Notes: generated by a model from the sequence alone, not told the origin. A stretch of DNA of 63,384 bases, filler included, from Rhabdomonas costata (GCA_019059605.1; 55 parts of 55 records of this genome joined end to end with filler, not necessarily neighbours in it); one strand, 5' to 3'; numbered from the whole stretch's first letter, positions 11,660 through 24,141 are shown. A program made the numbers and translations.

Positions 11660-12417
11660 CGGTAGCTGTAGACACTGAACTAAACCCGATGGAGCGCAGC
11701 AGCCGTGCGGTGAGGGTGAGGAAGCCACTCCGGCTCAGGGTAAGCGGCCGCAGACGGGCAGGGTTATTGGTCACCCCACACACAGGGCCCGTGGGACAAA
11801 AGGGAGGCGCTGGCTCAGCCGCGCTGGAGGAGGTGGGTACCCTGGTAACGTCGATAGCGGGAAGGTCGACGTGGCTCCGAGCACTCTCGGAGGTCCCCAG
11901 CTCGCTGGGAGTGTGCACGGGAGGGGATCGAACGGCAATCCCCAGCGAGGCGAGTAGGCTTGGGGAGAGCAACTCCATCTTCGAGGAGCCCAGGCAAGTG
12001 GTGGAGGTGCGGGATTCAATGGGGCTGGGGCATTCTTGCGAATCCTCGGCAACCGCGACAGGCAGGGTGAGCTCTACCACAAAGGTCGAGCCCACGCCCA
12101 GGCAGGTGCGGTCCATGTCGACGTACACCCGGCCCCCCATCAAGTTCACCAGCTGTCTGGTAATCACGAGCCCAAGCCCAGAGCCTCCGTGCTGCCCGTA
12201 GGTCGATGCGGAGGCCTGCGCGAAGGGCCGGAACAACCCCTCGGCTTGCTCCGCCGTGAGACCCATCCCGGTGTCCGTGATCTCTATCCGCAGCTGGGTG
12301 ACCTCCGAGGCCCCTCGCGATGGCAGGGACGCAGGTGAGGGGGCAGCGAGAACGGAGAGCCCAGCAGAGAGGCTAACCGAGCCCTGGGTGGTGAACTTGA
12401 TGGAATTCGTGAGCAGG
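11660..12417 (-). CDS. Sensor histidine kinase, HATPase_c exon (probably a hybrid kinase)
   Basis: N box LLTNSIKFT, G1 ITDTGMG, F box LFRPF, G2 GGSGLGL, GSTF; CAG acceptor at 12420-12418; the end LTARLLRSIGFSSVSTA resembles a receiver-domain start; 3' boundary uncertain. Confidence 0.93.
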
Positions 12418-13485
12418 CTGTGACACACAGAGCAACCACCGCTGAGCCTCCGATAGGATTCGGTACTTCACCACCACAGTGCTGCGGTCTTCGGAGAAGC
12501 TGTTGCTTCTGCCCCCTTTCCTCCCGTTTCTCTCCACGGACTGCGGAGGTTCCCTACTCCTACACAGTTTCCAGAAGTAGTATGGCCCGTGTTTCCCTCA
12601 TTCCCACAAACCCNNNNNNNNNNNNNNNNNNNNNNNNNNNNNNNNNNNNNNNNNNNNTTAATTAATTAANNNNNNNNNNNNNNNNNNNNNNNNNNNNNNN
12701 NNNNNNNNNNNNNTTTGGGGGGTTTGGCACGACAACTCCCCAAGAAGGCCCACCAGAGAGAAGTATAATTCCTAATAGAGATGTATAAATCCTGCCCCCT
12801 CTCACAAAGCGTCCCAGAAATAAAGGGTCAACGGACGTATTCTGAAGAAGAATTCCTTTAAAGCAATGCAAGGCTGCACAAGACGCCTTTGCTGTGAGGC
12901 AGTAACTCTGACCAGAGCACACTTCGATATGGCAGATTTAGGAACCAGGAGATAAAGCCAAAGGCATATTGGAAATCTACTCAGCGGCATATGTCGGTGG
13001 GTAGTCAATGTCGCGACCGAAATGAGCAGGCCAGGGGGAGGGTCCGCCTTCCCGACACCGATGGCGTGGGCACCTGAGTTCTATATCCCAGCCACACACA
13101 TCGGCCTCCCCCAACCCATGCCCCCTCCTCAGAAATCATATAATACCAAATTATCACCACTATATACTGAAAATTAATCAAATAAGCACGGTCAGAACTA
13201 TATCCCAACGCATACATGGGATGTAAATCTCCATACCCTTCACCAAAGTTTCCGATCACCGAATCCACAGCTCGATTCAGAAATCAACACAGACACGATC
13301 ATGCTCCCCTCCCCCCAGAGTCGTGCCTTGGACGCACGCAGACAGCAATTTTATTGTTTTTTATCCGCTGGAGCAAAGCAAAAAAATACTTGGTTCAAAA
13401 CAGATGCCTACCCAGCGATAAGCACTAGCTTTCACGCCGCAAACAAATCAATACAGGACAGCAGCCTGCTCCCCGGACACCGCAC

Positions 13486-13692
13486 AACCTGTTCCTCCGT
13501 GAAGTAGATCAGCAGGCCCTCAGCCAACCACACCGTAGGCTGTGTGGGCTGGAAGGAGGAGGCTCTCCCCATTAGGGCATCCCCCCACTTGGGGTCCAGG
13601 AGGTCCGCCGGCACCCGGGCTACCCTGGCGCACTGCGGAGTGGCCCCGCCAAGCTCAGCCTCTCGGAACTCCACAACACACGGGAGGTCAAC
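13486..13692 (-). CDS. Exon of an LCM-family (leucine carboxyl methyltransferase-like) SAM methyltransferase
   Basis: VDLPCVVEFR..VPADL..W..L..F.PT.PTVWLAEGLLIYF; canonical splice sites. Confidence 0.85.
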
Positions 13693-14080
13693 CTGAGGAG
13701 GCCCAGAGAAGTCAGGCACAATGAGAGACCCAGCGCCACCGCAGCAGCGCCGTCGTGGGCATGAAGCNNNNNNNNNNNNNNNNNNNNNNNNNNNNNNNNN
13801 NNNNNNNNNNNTTAATTAATTAANNNNNNNNNNNNNNNNNNNNNNNNNNNNNNNNNNNNNNNNNNNNGGGGTTGTGGAGTCAGTGTGCCGGTGGATTGGC
13901 AGAGCAGAAAAGGGTTGCACGTCGAATTCACAGCTGCCGATCGGGAAGACTGTCACCATTGAATTGCATTCTTTACGGTGTGCCTGGTGCGATTGCGAAA
14001 ATGGTTTAGCACGAGGTTGATGTCAGGTGGGGACAGGGGGTGATGAGGATGGAATCTCGTATCGGCGATTGGGAGGACAC

Positions 14081-14651
14081 CGCTTTGGGTCGGGCAGTGT
14101 GGGCGTACAACGGGTTCAGCAGAAGGGAGGCCAGCGCAGAGAGCAGGCTTCTCTGCTCCTGCGCCCGGTCCAGGCACAGCACCGCACGGGCTTCCTGCGC
14201 CAAAAGTGAAAACAAAATACACGCTTGCAACGACTACGTGCGATGACGGTACCACATCTCTCCAGTCCAACCGTGTACGCGCAATTGCCCCTGCTCGGCC
14301 CCGCATCCTTCCGTGTTGCATTCATGTCCGGGGGAATGCATGAACGTTGACGTCCTTCAACCATTGGGTGCTGCAGTTCACTTTTCCTGGCAGAAAATGG
14401 AGAAATTAGATCTTGCTCGAAACCCCAAAGAAAAAAGCAGCCCAAACTTAGCAATTATCATTTAGCTTTGGGGCAGCACACCCTCGAAACCGATCGTCTT
14501 CCTTCAGCAGTTCAGTAGCTGTAGCCGAGGATAACAGACCACAGGCACCCCCCTCCCCTCCTGACCTGGGTTGCTGCAGTGAGGTTAACCAGCAGCCCGA
14601 GAACGTCGTGCAGCACCCTGGTCTGGCGGCTGCTCACGACGCAGCAAGCAG
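14081..14651 (-). CDS. Two exons (14651-14566, 14194-14081) of an unknown helical protein
   Basis: AG/GT boundaries with in-frame join (..LLVNLTAATQ|EARAVLCLD..). Confidence 0.5.
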
Positions 14652-15040
14652 CTTGGCGGTAGGGCATCAGCCCAAGAAAGGCCACCACCGCAGGAACCCA
14701 TCCTGCACTCTCTGTGTTGAAAAAACGCAGCAGGGGCGGTGCATACGAGGGGAACATCCCAACGAGAAGATTTGACCGGATGGTCACAAATGTTCACCGA
14801 AAACTACCCAAGCGCTCATAGTTAATGAACTGTTCACCTGATTGCTTCACTTTGGGCGGAGAAGAGAAGCCAGATAGATTCTGAAGTCCAAAGGGACAGG
14901 GTTCGTTTGCCACACCACCCCNNNNNNNNNNNNNNNNNNNNNNNNNNNNNNNNNNNNNNNNNNNNTTAATTAATTAANNNNNNNNNNNNNNNNNNNNNNN
15001 NNNNNNNNNNNNNNNNNNNNNGTGTGGGTGTGTTTGGGGT

Positions 15041-15217
15041 GTGTGGGAGCGGTTGTTCCACGGGCGAATGTCCAGCTCGGTTCGGGAACTTATGCGGCGT
15101 GTGCTGCGGCGGCCCCCGAAGCTGCCGCAGATGACCCCCGCCGCGGAGAGGCTGTGCGGAGCCCTTTTCACTTCGCTCCCCGCCGATGCCTCTGTGCTGG
15201 ACCTGGGGTGTGCCCCT
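15041..15217 (+). CDS. Exon of an FtsJ/RrmJ-like SAM-dependent RNA methyltransferase (5' boundary uncertain)
   Basis: SVLDLGCAP immediately followed by a GTGAGT donor; matches motif I VLDLGCAPG. Confidence 0.7.
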
Positions 15218-15367
15218 GTGAGTGAGTGAGTGAGTGAGTGGGTGAGTGGGTGTATGTGTGTGTGTTCAATCGCTGTCCCAATGGTTCAAGCAGCTTGGAT
15301 TCTACTTCCGCCGAGTTCACGGAAACAAGCACTTTTCCTGCCTCGCCATCATCCCACAACTCCTCCA

Positions 15368-15790
15368 CCCAGCGGGAGCTTTTGCTTTGTGGTGTCCATG
15401 CTGTCAATGCTGTAATGGACGTTTTGGGTCGCCCCAAGCTTGTCAAATCACAGATCGATGATATTAATAAAAATCTCGCCATGTCAGAAAGCTTGATTCT
15501 CGAAGTGATGTCCAGCCCGATAACGCCCCGCAACCTGCGGGCAATTACCCGATTGAAGTACTGACCCTTGCCCTTCAGGCATACGCCGACTGCACCGCAG
15601 AACGAGTGACGCACCTTCCTGTGCCGCAATTTCTGTGGGCAATGGTTATCACTGGCAGATGACCGCCTCAGGACCCAACGGTCAATGGATTGTGGGTAAC
15701 GAAGGCTGCCTCTTTCCCATTGTTGATGCGCGCTCCTTCTTCCGCAATGGCCTCGAGCGAAGAGCCATTCTTCGGCTGACTCGGCCGACC
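15368..15790 (+). pseudogene. Frameshifted Josephin-like (MJD) cysteine protease ORF, probably mobile-element borne
   Basis: QRELLLCGVHAVNAV, GNYPIEVLTLALQ and HWQM..GQWIVGNEG occur in three successive frames (two -1 shifts). Confidence 0.7.
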
Positions 15791-16505
15791 TTCACCCCGG
15801 CAATGCGTCAGCCTCACCCTTCCTTCACGCTTTTTGGAGCCGTCGCGACTGCTTTAGATCACGATAACGCTCATGGAAAACACAAAGCTGAAACTGAGAC
15901 AGATGAAGCCCCCGACGAGCAGGCCCTGAGGCTCATGCCGCCCCCCAGTGCTCCAGTGTTCAGCAGTCCGCTAACGCCACTGTTCCTGTGGACATTAGTG
16001 ACAGCTCCAGTGAAGCAGCTTCTGTAACACCTTTTGTCTCTGGGACTCAGATGGCATCATCCACAGGATCCAACCNNNNNNNNNNNNNNNNNNNNNNNNN
16101 NNNNNNNNNNNNNNNNNNNTTAATTAATTAANNNNNNNNNNNNNNNNNNNNNNNNNNNNNNNNNNNNNNNNNNNNGTGGTGGGGGGTTGGGCCACGGCCT
16201 TCGGCTTTGCTAAAGAAAGAAGCGCAGCGTACGGTATGAGAGGGACCTTTCACAGACGGGACAGAGTAAAAGAAAGGAAAAAACTTCTTCAGCAAACGAA
16301 ACTGCGACAGATCAGACGCTCATAAAAACTTCTTTAGTGAAAGAAACTGTGTGAAAAAAAGAGACCGTGATATGTGAGCTTCATGGGACAAGAGAGAAAA
16401 AGAGTATGCATTCGTCCCGGCGAATTTTTCAGTCTGACAGAGTGCAGCCGTACTGGGGGATAGGGAAGGGGCCTCGCTGGACCCACCGAACGGCTGTCTG
16501 CAAAC

Positions 16506-16860
16506 CTGTGATGGCGGGCTTGGGCAGGGTTGGAGCGTACGTCTGCACGATCTCCCCGGTGGACCGCTGCGTCACCAGAAGCCCCGTGTGCACCCCGTAC
16601 TCCACCACAGTGACCACTGTGGGCAACGCCCCTCGAGCAGCCTCCGCCCGGGCCATCTCCAGCATCGCCTCGTCGTTGTCCTCATCCCAGAGCTCACTGT
16701 CGGGCATCCCAGAGTCCCCAATGGCGGGGGTTGAGGTGCGGGGGAAGACCAGCTCCGCGCTGACCGTCAACACGGTGGTGTCGGGGAAGGACGCGGTGAT
16801 GTACAGCGGGTGGTGCACCGAGCGGCCAGCCATGTCGGCGAAGGCCGAGAAGATTCCCCT
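16506..16860 (-). CDS. Exon of an unknown protein
   Basis: Open GC3-rich frame bounded by a TAG acceptor and a GT donor. Confidence 0.6.
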
Positions 16861-17381
16861 CTACACAGAATATGGGGCCAAAATGAACGAAACGATGGAA
16901 AGATACAGGCGAAAAATAAAAGAACGACGAATCGCCCATCATCGCAGAAACCCTTCACCCCCATCCGAGTCTCCGAGTCGCATGCGGCACAAATGGAGGC
17001 TTCATCGGAGGTTGCAACTGCAACAATCCCAGGAACAGGCCAGTGCTCAATGGGGTTTAACCCCTTTTAGCTGTCGATAACTTTTGAACACACAAAAGAA
17101 CCATCGGGAGGATCGGGCACGGAAAACCTAACCCCATTTCGGAAAACAAACATCTTCTAGTGGGTACTTGCACAGTTTACCTCCTGGGCTCGGAAAATAT
17201 CTCTACTGCTTTGTGTGACCCTCCCCCTCNNNNNNNNNNNNNNNNNNNNNNNNNNNNNNNNNNNNNNNNNNNNTTAATTAATTAANNNNNNNNNNNNNNN
17301 NNNNNNNNNNNNNNNNNNNNNNNNNNNNNGTGTTGGGTGCGTTTGGGGGTGGTGGGAGGAATAAGCAAAGCTCTGCCATAC

Positions 17382-18054
17382 CAAGGGCTCGCCCGTAGTG
17401 TTCCAGCGCCTTCTGGTACGTCGCTGTGCATTGAAAAAGGAGCCATAAAGTCATCAGGTGGCACAAAGCGACACCGGGAAAACCCCGCAAACGCGCAGGA
17501 GATGCGTGGCGGCTCCCGCTAAGCAATTAAGCAAATAACCCCAAGGACTTCTTTTCACGCAGCGAAAGCACAGCACAACCCCCAGCGATGCGCTGCTGCA
17601 CACCTCGTCCTCCGACCACAGCAGCGTCTCCAAGCTTTAGGAACTCGTCCGCAGTGACGGGCCCTTTCGATGAGGAGGAAGAGAGGGAGAAGCTGGGGTT
17701 ATCAAACAACTGAAAATGTCCAAATGATTCACTTTTGTCGAGGTGACAGCATGGACATGGACGCCAATAAGGCGCCGACGACGGACGACAACTGGCGCCA
17801 CTCGTCCTAAACATGGCATTTCATCTCAAAATGAGAGTTTCCCAAACAAGCGTCAAACTGTCAGAACTACTGGGAAAGATGGAAATCAAAATGAATAGTT
17901 TCCTTCAGTTGAATACAGCAACCACTGACAACAGAATGTGGGCACGGGCAAAACCTGCGCCACCCACTCCGCGGGCTTGGGTAAGCAAGATCAGCACAAA
18001 AAGCAAAAGCAGGGCGACAGAAGCGAGGGTGCGCCTGGAGAGGGCCAGCGCCAT
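17382..18054 (-). CDS. First three exons (18054-17955, 17663-17604, 17423-17382) of a signal-peptide TPR protein, DNAJC3/P58IPK-like
   Basis: Spliced MALALSRRTLASVALLLLFVLILLTQARGVGGAGPVTADEFLKLGDAAVVGGRATYQKALEHYGRAL; all GT-AG with consistent phases. Confidence 0.7.
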
Positions 18055-18483
18055 GGTCACCCTCCTCCCGATGCACACACACACACAGCCCCCGGGCGTC
18101 ACCACACACAACAAGGAAGCGGCAGGAAATAGATGATATAACGCCGGAAAGTGCACAAAAGTACACCTTACGAGAGGGGGGGGGGAAGTGGAAACGCGAT
18201 GCACATGAAAGCCCTCCAACAAAGTTCACCAAAAAGTGGTGAGCAATCGGTGCGGTGCTGAGGATGATGACTAGTATTGCCCTAATTGTCAGTAGGCTGA
18301 TGAACCACAGCAACGGAAAAACGCTGTAAAAAGGTTTGATGGGGTGATTGATTGAAGTCACGGGGCTCCACCATCGCCTTAACNNNNNNNNNNNNNNNNN
18401 NNNNNNNNNNNNNNNNNNNNNNNNNNNTTAATTAATTAANNNNNNNNNNNNNNNNNNNNNNNNNNNNNNNNNNNNNNNNNNNN

Positions 18484-19537
18484 CAACGGTTACACCCTTC
18501 CCTCTGAGAGCGGTGTTTAGCAAGGAGATCCCTGCGGCCCACTCTTGTTCGCCCTTTTTCTCCACCCCCTGCTCTGACAACTCGAGAGCTCGGGAGTTGA
18601 TGTGCGGTTTCACCTCGACGACGGTACCCTTCGTGGGACTCCCGAACAGCTCAACCGTGCCCCTGAATTGGTTGGCGCCACCCACCATACGAGCATAGCG
18701 AGGATGGTGAGGGAGGGAGGCAGTGAATGCCCGTAGCCGTATAGCGGTGGAGGGCATGAACCACTGTCCGTAGGGAGTGATGACGAAGGCACTGAGGCAT
18801 CACGACCAGCATAAACCCCATAGTGGCTCCCCTCAGGTCGCACCCCCACCACGAGCGTAGCGAGTAGGATGGAAGGATGGCATCGAGCATAGCGAGATGG
18901 CATCCTTACATCAGGATTACCCTTTGAGTTCAACATTACGAGCGCAGCGAGGAACGCAGTGACGAAGCGTAGCGAGAGCGTCGCCCTTCGGGCGGTCTTC
19001 TTTTACTCTTACTGTCGGGTCTCTCAGTCCTTCGAGCCCCTCCCAACACCCTTTAACCCCACCTGTCACTCCTCTCCACTCCCCGCCATAAGGCGGTACG
19101 TGGAGATCCGTCCGGGCGTAGCCATGCAGAATACCTAACTCAGGGTTCACTTCACTTCATCTTCCCTCTGAGTGGGTTCATGCATTAGGTCTAGGCGTTA
19201 GAATCAGCATCAGCCCTTAGCCTCTGCATCATCCTACGCTTAGCCTTGGCCTTCATGCGTTGGGTGTCAGCATCAGTCTCAGCTTCTACGCTTCAACCTC
19301 AGCTTGGCATCAGGAATCAACGTAGCATCAACCATCAGCATAAGCCTCAGGCATCAACCTTACGCTAACCCTTACCCACGCTACCACTTACCCTTCGCAT
19401 GGCAACCACTGCATCGGACATACAACAGGACATGCCCTTACTGTGCTTACCACATGAGGAGTGGCTGGCAACCATCAACGTTGGGACACAGCACCCTCAC
19501 CGGATGACAGACGATGATGCCATGATCGCTGTTGACG
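18484..19537. repeat. Dispersed non-coding family C (CGAGCRYAGCGAG-rich); possible LTR
   Basis: Five motif copies at 18690-18976; patchy reverse-strand similarity to 43400-43760 and 56040-56270. Confidence 0.5.
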
Positions 19538-21963
19538 NNNNNNNNNNNNNNNNNNNNNNNNNNNNNNNNNNNNNNNNNNNNTTAATTAATTAANNNNNNN
19601 NNNNNNNNNNNNNNNNNNNNNNNNNNNNNNNNNNNNNCTCCATGTCTGTCTAAGATAACGAGCACCGCCTGCTGGAAATGTCTGCGGAGACAACCTCACG
19701 CTGCATTACTGCTGATACCCACGTGTATCGTGTTTCGCACACAGGCAGAGTGAATGATACCAACCACTCCGCACATGCACGCGCTACCAGCCTTTATGCC
19801 TTCAACGCCAAATTATAGACTCCAGTCTCATAATGGTTTGTGGGTGGGTGCGTGGGTGCGTTGGTGCGCGTGTGTCTGTTTGTGTGGATGCATATGTATG
19901 TGACGGGCACGCCGCACACCATCACCCCAATGCACACCGTGTCCTACAGCAGAAACAACAGCACCGCGAGTGCACCATGACACAAACAGGCAGCACAAGG
20001 ACAGTCAAATGCAGACTGCGCCAAGGCGCTATGTGTGTGATGGCGGCACCCGTCGGCAACCTCCACGTACACACGGGGAAAATCACCAATAACGGCCCGC
20101 TGAGGTATTTCTCATCCAGTATCCACGTCCACACAACGACCAGCAGTGGTAGTTGCCCGCCCGTTGCCACCCTTTCCAGAGGACTGGACATGCACCTAAG
20201 CATGACCCACAAAACTCCAAGTCCTCGCCACCTGCAAGTCCTGCAACAAAGCGTGTCGTCAAACTGCCAGCCCAAAACGCCGCAGTGGCAAAAGAGTGAT
20301 GTCTCTCTGAGTCACCGTGCATCGACAAACAACCACTTCAACCCACGTAACCAAACGTTAATCACAATCCGCAAATCTCACGAATCCGGCGGCACCAGGA
20401 TCCATACACCTGTGATTCCTGGTGTGAGTGGGTAAAAGGTCTTCGAAGCCTGCGCTGGTAAAAGCCATACATCCGGAGAGGTCTTCAACTCACTATCAAC
20501 AAGGGCATGAACGTCACGGAAGGTTGGTCAACTTGGAGCAAGTCAGGTCTGATTTACTGCCTGTTTGTTTTTGCCTCTTGGGACTGGTACGTCTGGCAAA
20601 CATCCTGCGGATGTGAAAAATGGCGAAGAAGCACTGGTACATCAGCGCAAGACCATCATGACCTCATGCAAGTCGCGCTTACCAACCAAAANNNNNNNNN
20701 NNNNNNNNNNNNNNNNNNNNNNNNNNNNNNNNNNNTTAATTAATTAANNNNNNNNNNNNNNNNNNNNNNNNNNNNNNNNNNNNNNNNNNNNTTTTTTTTG
20801 TGCGGTGAAATGCATGGAGGATGGACAGCCCCGTAAAGGCTCTCTCCCGCAAACACGGGGCATTCTTTTGTCGTTCGTTTCCATGACTCCTTGACATCTG
20901 CACTGTTTTTCGCATCGTTTGCCTTTGAACACCACGCTCCTCACTCGGGTGTTGTTTCCTCACTCACTAGAGGGGCCGGCACTCGGGCTGCTGTCCCCCC
21001 AGGACCTCCTCGCTGCCGTTTAGGCGTTCTCTAGCTTGGAGGCGAAGAGCGGTCGTTACTCAAAGAACCTTATCGTCGTCGTGGTCCCTGCATTTCACCG
21101 CACAAATAAAAACGCACACCGCTGGCCACAGTTTTCCGTGCCTGCCAAGGTGAGCTCCAGTGCCCCGGCGGGGATTTCCCCCCGGGCGTGCCGCAGCGGG
21201 GTAACCTGCGGGGGCCGGGACGGCAAAGGCGGCCCTGCAGCCGTGGGCTTGCTGCGGTGGGTACTGCCGCGAACTGGGAAGGTGTCGGGAGTCAATCAGG
21301 GCACACAGCTCCACTCCCACAGAACATCCCACTGCCATGACAAGCTTGACACACCGCCACTCCAGCCCGACGCTTTGGTATCGTACCGCTAATATAAAGA
21401 TGATGATACTGTTGGATGATTCGCACCATTCCAACGGTTTTGCCAAGTGTCCACAATTCTCACATAGACCTTTCCAAAGATCCCTTTGTTTGTCCCCTCC
21501 TTCGCACCCTCCGAATTCTCTTGCGGTTTCACTCTGTTGTTGTCTTTTGCATTCCAACTCAGATCTTCTCGCGTTGCTTATTATGAATAGTTTGTTTCTT
21601 GCTGAACCCCTAAAGTGCCTGTTATGCAGTGCCGTAAAAAACCATAAAAGAATGATAGCAAAAATGATGGAAAAACACGATTTTAGAAGGGGGCCATCAC
21701 TATAGAAAACATAAACAATGCTTCAACCCCTCGCGTGCAAAGACTCGCCAGGTCCCGTTTTCTCCCTATTATAATTAGTTACGAGGAAGCATTTCGACAA
21801 TGACGGGTGGGCCATATTTAAGGCTCGTTTTTCGACCAACCCCCCNNNNNNNNNNNNNNNNNNNNNNNNNNNNNNNNNNNNNNNNNNNNTTAATTAATTA
21901 ANNNNNNNNNNNNNNNNNNNNNNNNNNNNNNNNNNNNNNNNNNNNTCGTTTTGTGGCATGTAG

Positions 21964-22990
21964 GTCGGGGTGAAGATGACCAACGAGCCGCCCAAGGGGC
22001 TGCGGAACAACGTCACCCGGAGCTTCCTGTCGTTCACAGATGATTTCCTAGATAGCAGCCGCAAGCCCGCGGAGTTCAAGAAGCTGATTTTCAGCCTGTG
22101 CCTGTTCCACGCGGTGATCCAGGAGCGCCGCAAGTTCGGGCCCCTGGGCTGGAACATCGCCTACGAGGTCTCGGTCGGAGGGGTCGTCCGAGTCGCCCGA
22201 ATTGAAGCCTTCATTGCAGCTGCGCTCCATTGCGTCTTGCATATATTGCTCAGGGGGTTGCGGGCGTAGTCGCGCCAAGAGCCGTCCAGGCCTAGCTACA
22301 ATGGCGACCCTGTTGGGTTGTGATCGTTGGAGTTGACAGCGCCGCCAGATAAACTTCCGACGCACATAGCAACATCCAACATTCAACATCCAACATCCAA
22401 AATCCAAACATGGGCTCAGGACTTATGATTATGATTATACTATACGGCTGCACGGGCGTCCTGCATCGATTTCCCAGTGGTCTCGAACTATGCTTCGCAA
22501 CGCAACCTTTTCTCACACGCACTCTCTCTCTCTTGCTTTGGTTGAGAGTGACACTGTATGAGTTTGGAGTTTGTAAAGGTTTGTATGTGTTTGTGCGCGA
22601 AAGAAATTAACATCGACATGGGAGAAGGGGAAAATGGGGAAGAGAAGGCGAAGAAAAGAAAAGGTGTCCTAGTCACTCTCTCCCTTCCTTCTCCTCACAG
22701 TTCACGAACTCCGACCTGCAGATGTGCCTGAAGCAGCTGCACCACTTCCTGGAGATCTACGAGCACGTGCCGTACGTCGTGATGAAGTTCCTGACGGGGC
22801 ACATCAACTACGGGGGGCGGGTCACGGACGACTGGGACCGCCGCTGCCTGATGACCCTGCTGGAGGGCTTCATGTCCCCACCCGTGGTGGAGGACGGGTA
22901 CACCTTCAGCCCCTCAGGGCTGTACCACACCATGACCCCGGGAAACCGCGCGTACTACCTCTCCTACATCACCTCCTGGCCTCTCAACCC
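21964..22990 (+). CDS. Axonemal dynein heavy chain, AAA6/C-terminal region; exons 21964-22167 and 22701 to contig end
   Basis: [58 protein letters not shown] intron 22168-22700. Confidence 0.97.
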
Positions 22991-23133
22991 CCACCACAAN
23001 NNNNNNNNNNNNNNNNNNNNNNNNNNNNNNNNNNNNNNNNNNNTTAATTAATTAANNNNNNNNNNNNNNNNNNNNNNNNNNNNNNNNNNNNNNNNNNNNT
23101 TTTTGTCTGCAGCATCTTTTTTACCAATCGTCT

Positions 23134-24141
23134 TTACCGCGCAGGTCCATCACCTCGTCGAACTGCGCGGTAAAGACGATTGGTAAAAAAGATGCTGCAG
23201 ACAAAGACTGCACCATGAACAATCGACCAAGGAGTAATCCCTGACATGGACCGAAACTGGCAGGGTTGAATGACGACGACAAAGGCAACGACTGTCCATA
23301 ATCCGCTGAACACAGCGAAGCTGGCCAGAGTGAGATAGAGCTCGGGAACTTCAGTGAGAACAAATTTTCGGTAGTTTTTCTCATGGGTAGACGCAACGAA
23401 ACTCAGTCCCCGTCTCGAGAGAGCAGCTCGCCAGTTTATCGCTGGTACAGGGCCCAAAAAATCATCGACCTCCTGAATGCATGACGAGATGGAGCTCAGA
23501 GCCAGGAACAACTCCATTGCTGCAGACTGCTCGTCTCCCTTTTGCAAGCTGCTTTCGGCCTCTTTCGTTTCCAGCAACGACACATCCACAGTGCAAATGG
23601 ACTCATCCAGTCCCTGTGCAGTTGCGGTCTCAGAAAGGGGGAATGCTTTGCTGGATGGTATGCTCCAACGAGAAAGGCAAGCTCGACGGACGAAGACAAC
23701 GTTGGTTTCAACGAACGACGAAGTCTCAATTGCCGCAGCGTAACGATGAGCTTCCGCTATTCCGTCAGACAGGACACATGGGCGACAGAGCTGAGGAGTA
23801 ACAACAAGACAGGACACCGCCGGCGCAGTGTTAATGACCACAAACCCATCCTGGGACTCAGCACTCAGAGCAGAGAAGGTGCCAGAAACAAAAAAGGCAA
23901 GCTTGGACGTGAAACTAGCATATCCATCACCGTTCCCATTATCGCCCATCAAAGCAAAGGTACAACGCGTGGACGAAACTCCGATTCTCTGGAAGCCAGA
24001 TTTATCGGCAATCTCGTCAATCGTTTCCAAGCCAGAGAAGGAGAGAACATCCTTGCCCTTTGTGATCAAGCAAAGAACAGCAATGATGCATTCGGGGTCC
24101 TCGCGGAATGTGTTCCGAATGTGAGCGGGTGCCACAACCAC
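23134..24141 (-). CDS. Uninterrupted ORF of at least 335 aa, unknown, with a hydrophobic C-terminal part
   Basis: Open across the whole contig; no motif recognised; the stop lies inside a fold-back artefact. Confidence 0.45.
   Translation of the reverse strand: MVVAPAHIRNTFREDPECIIAVLCLITKGKDVLSFSGLETIDEIADKSGFQRIGVSSTRCTFALMGDNGNGDGYASFTSKLAFFVSGTFSALSAESQDGFVVINTAPAVSCLVVTPQLCRPCVLSDGIAEAHRYAAAIETSSFVETNVVFVRRACLSRWSIPSSKAFPLSETATAQGLDESICTVDVSLLETKEAESSLQKGDEQSAAMELFLALSSISSCIQEVDDFLGPVPAINWRAALSRRGLSFVASTHEKNYRKFVLTEVPELYLTLASFAVFSGLWTVVAFVVVIQPCQFRSMSGITPWSIVHGAVFVCSIFFTNRLYRAVRRGDGPAR

Noticed and set aside
13200-13260. GYGDLHP as a potassium-channel selectivity filter
   Set aside because: It lacks the preceding TT(V/I) and pore helix, and has no convincing exon context.
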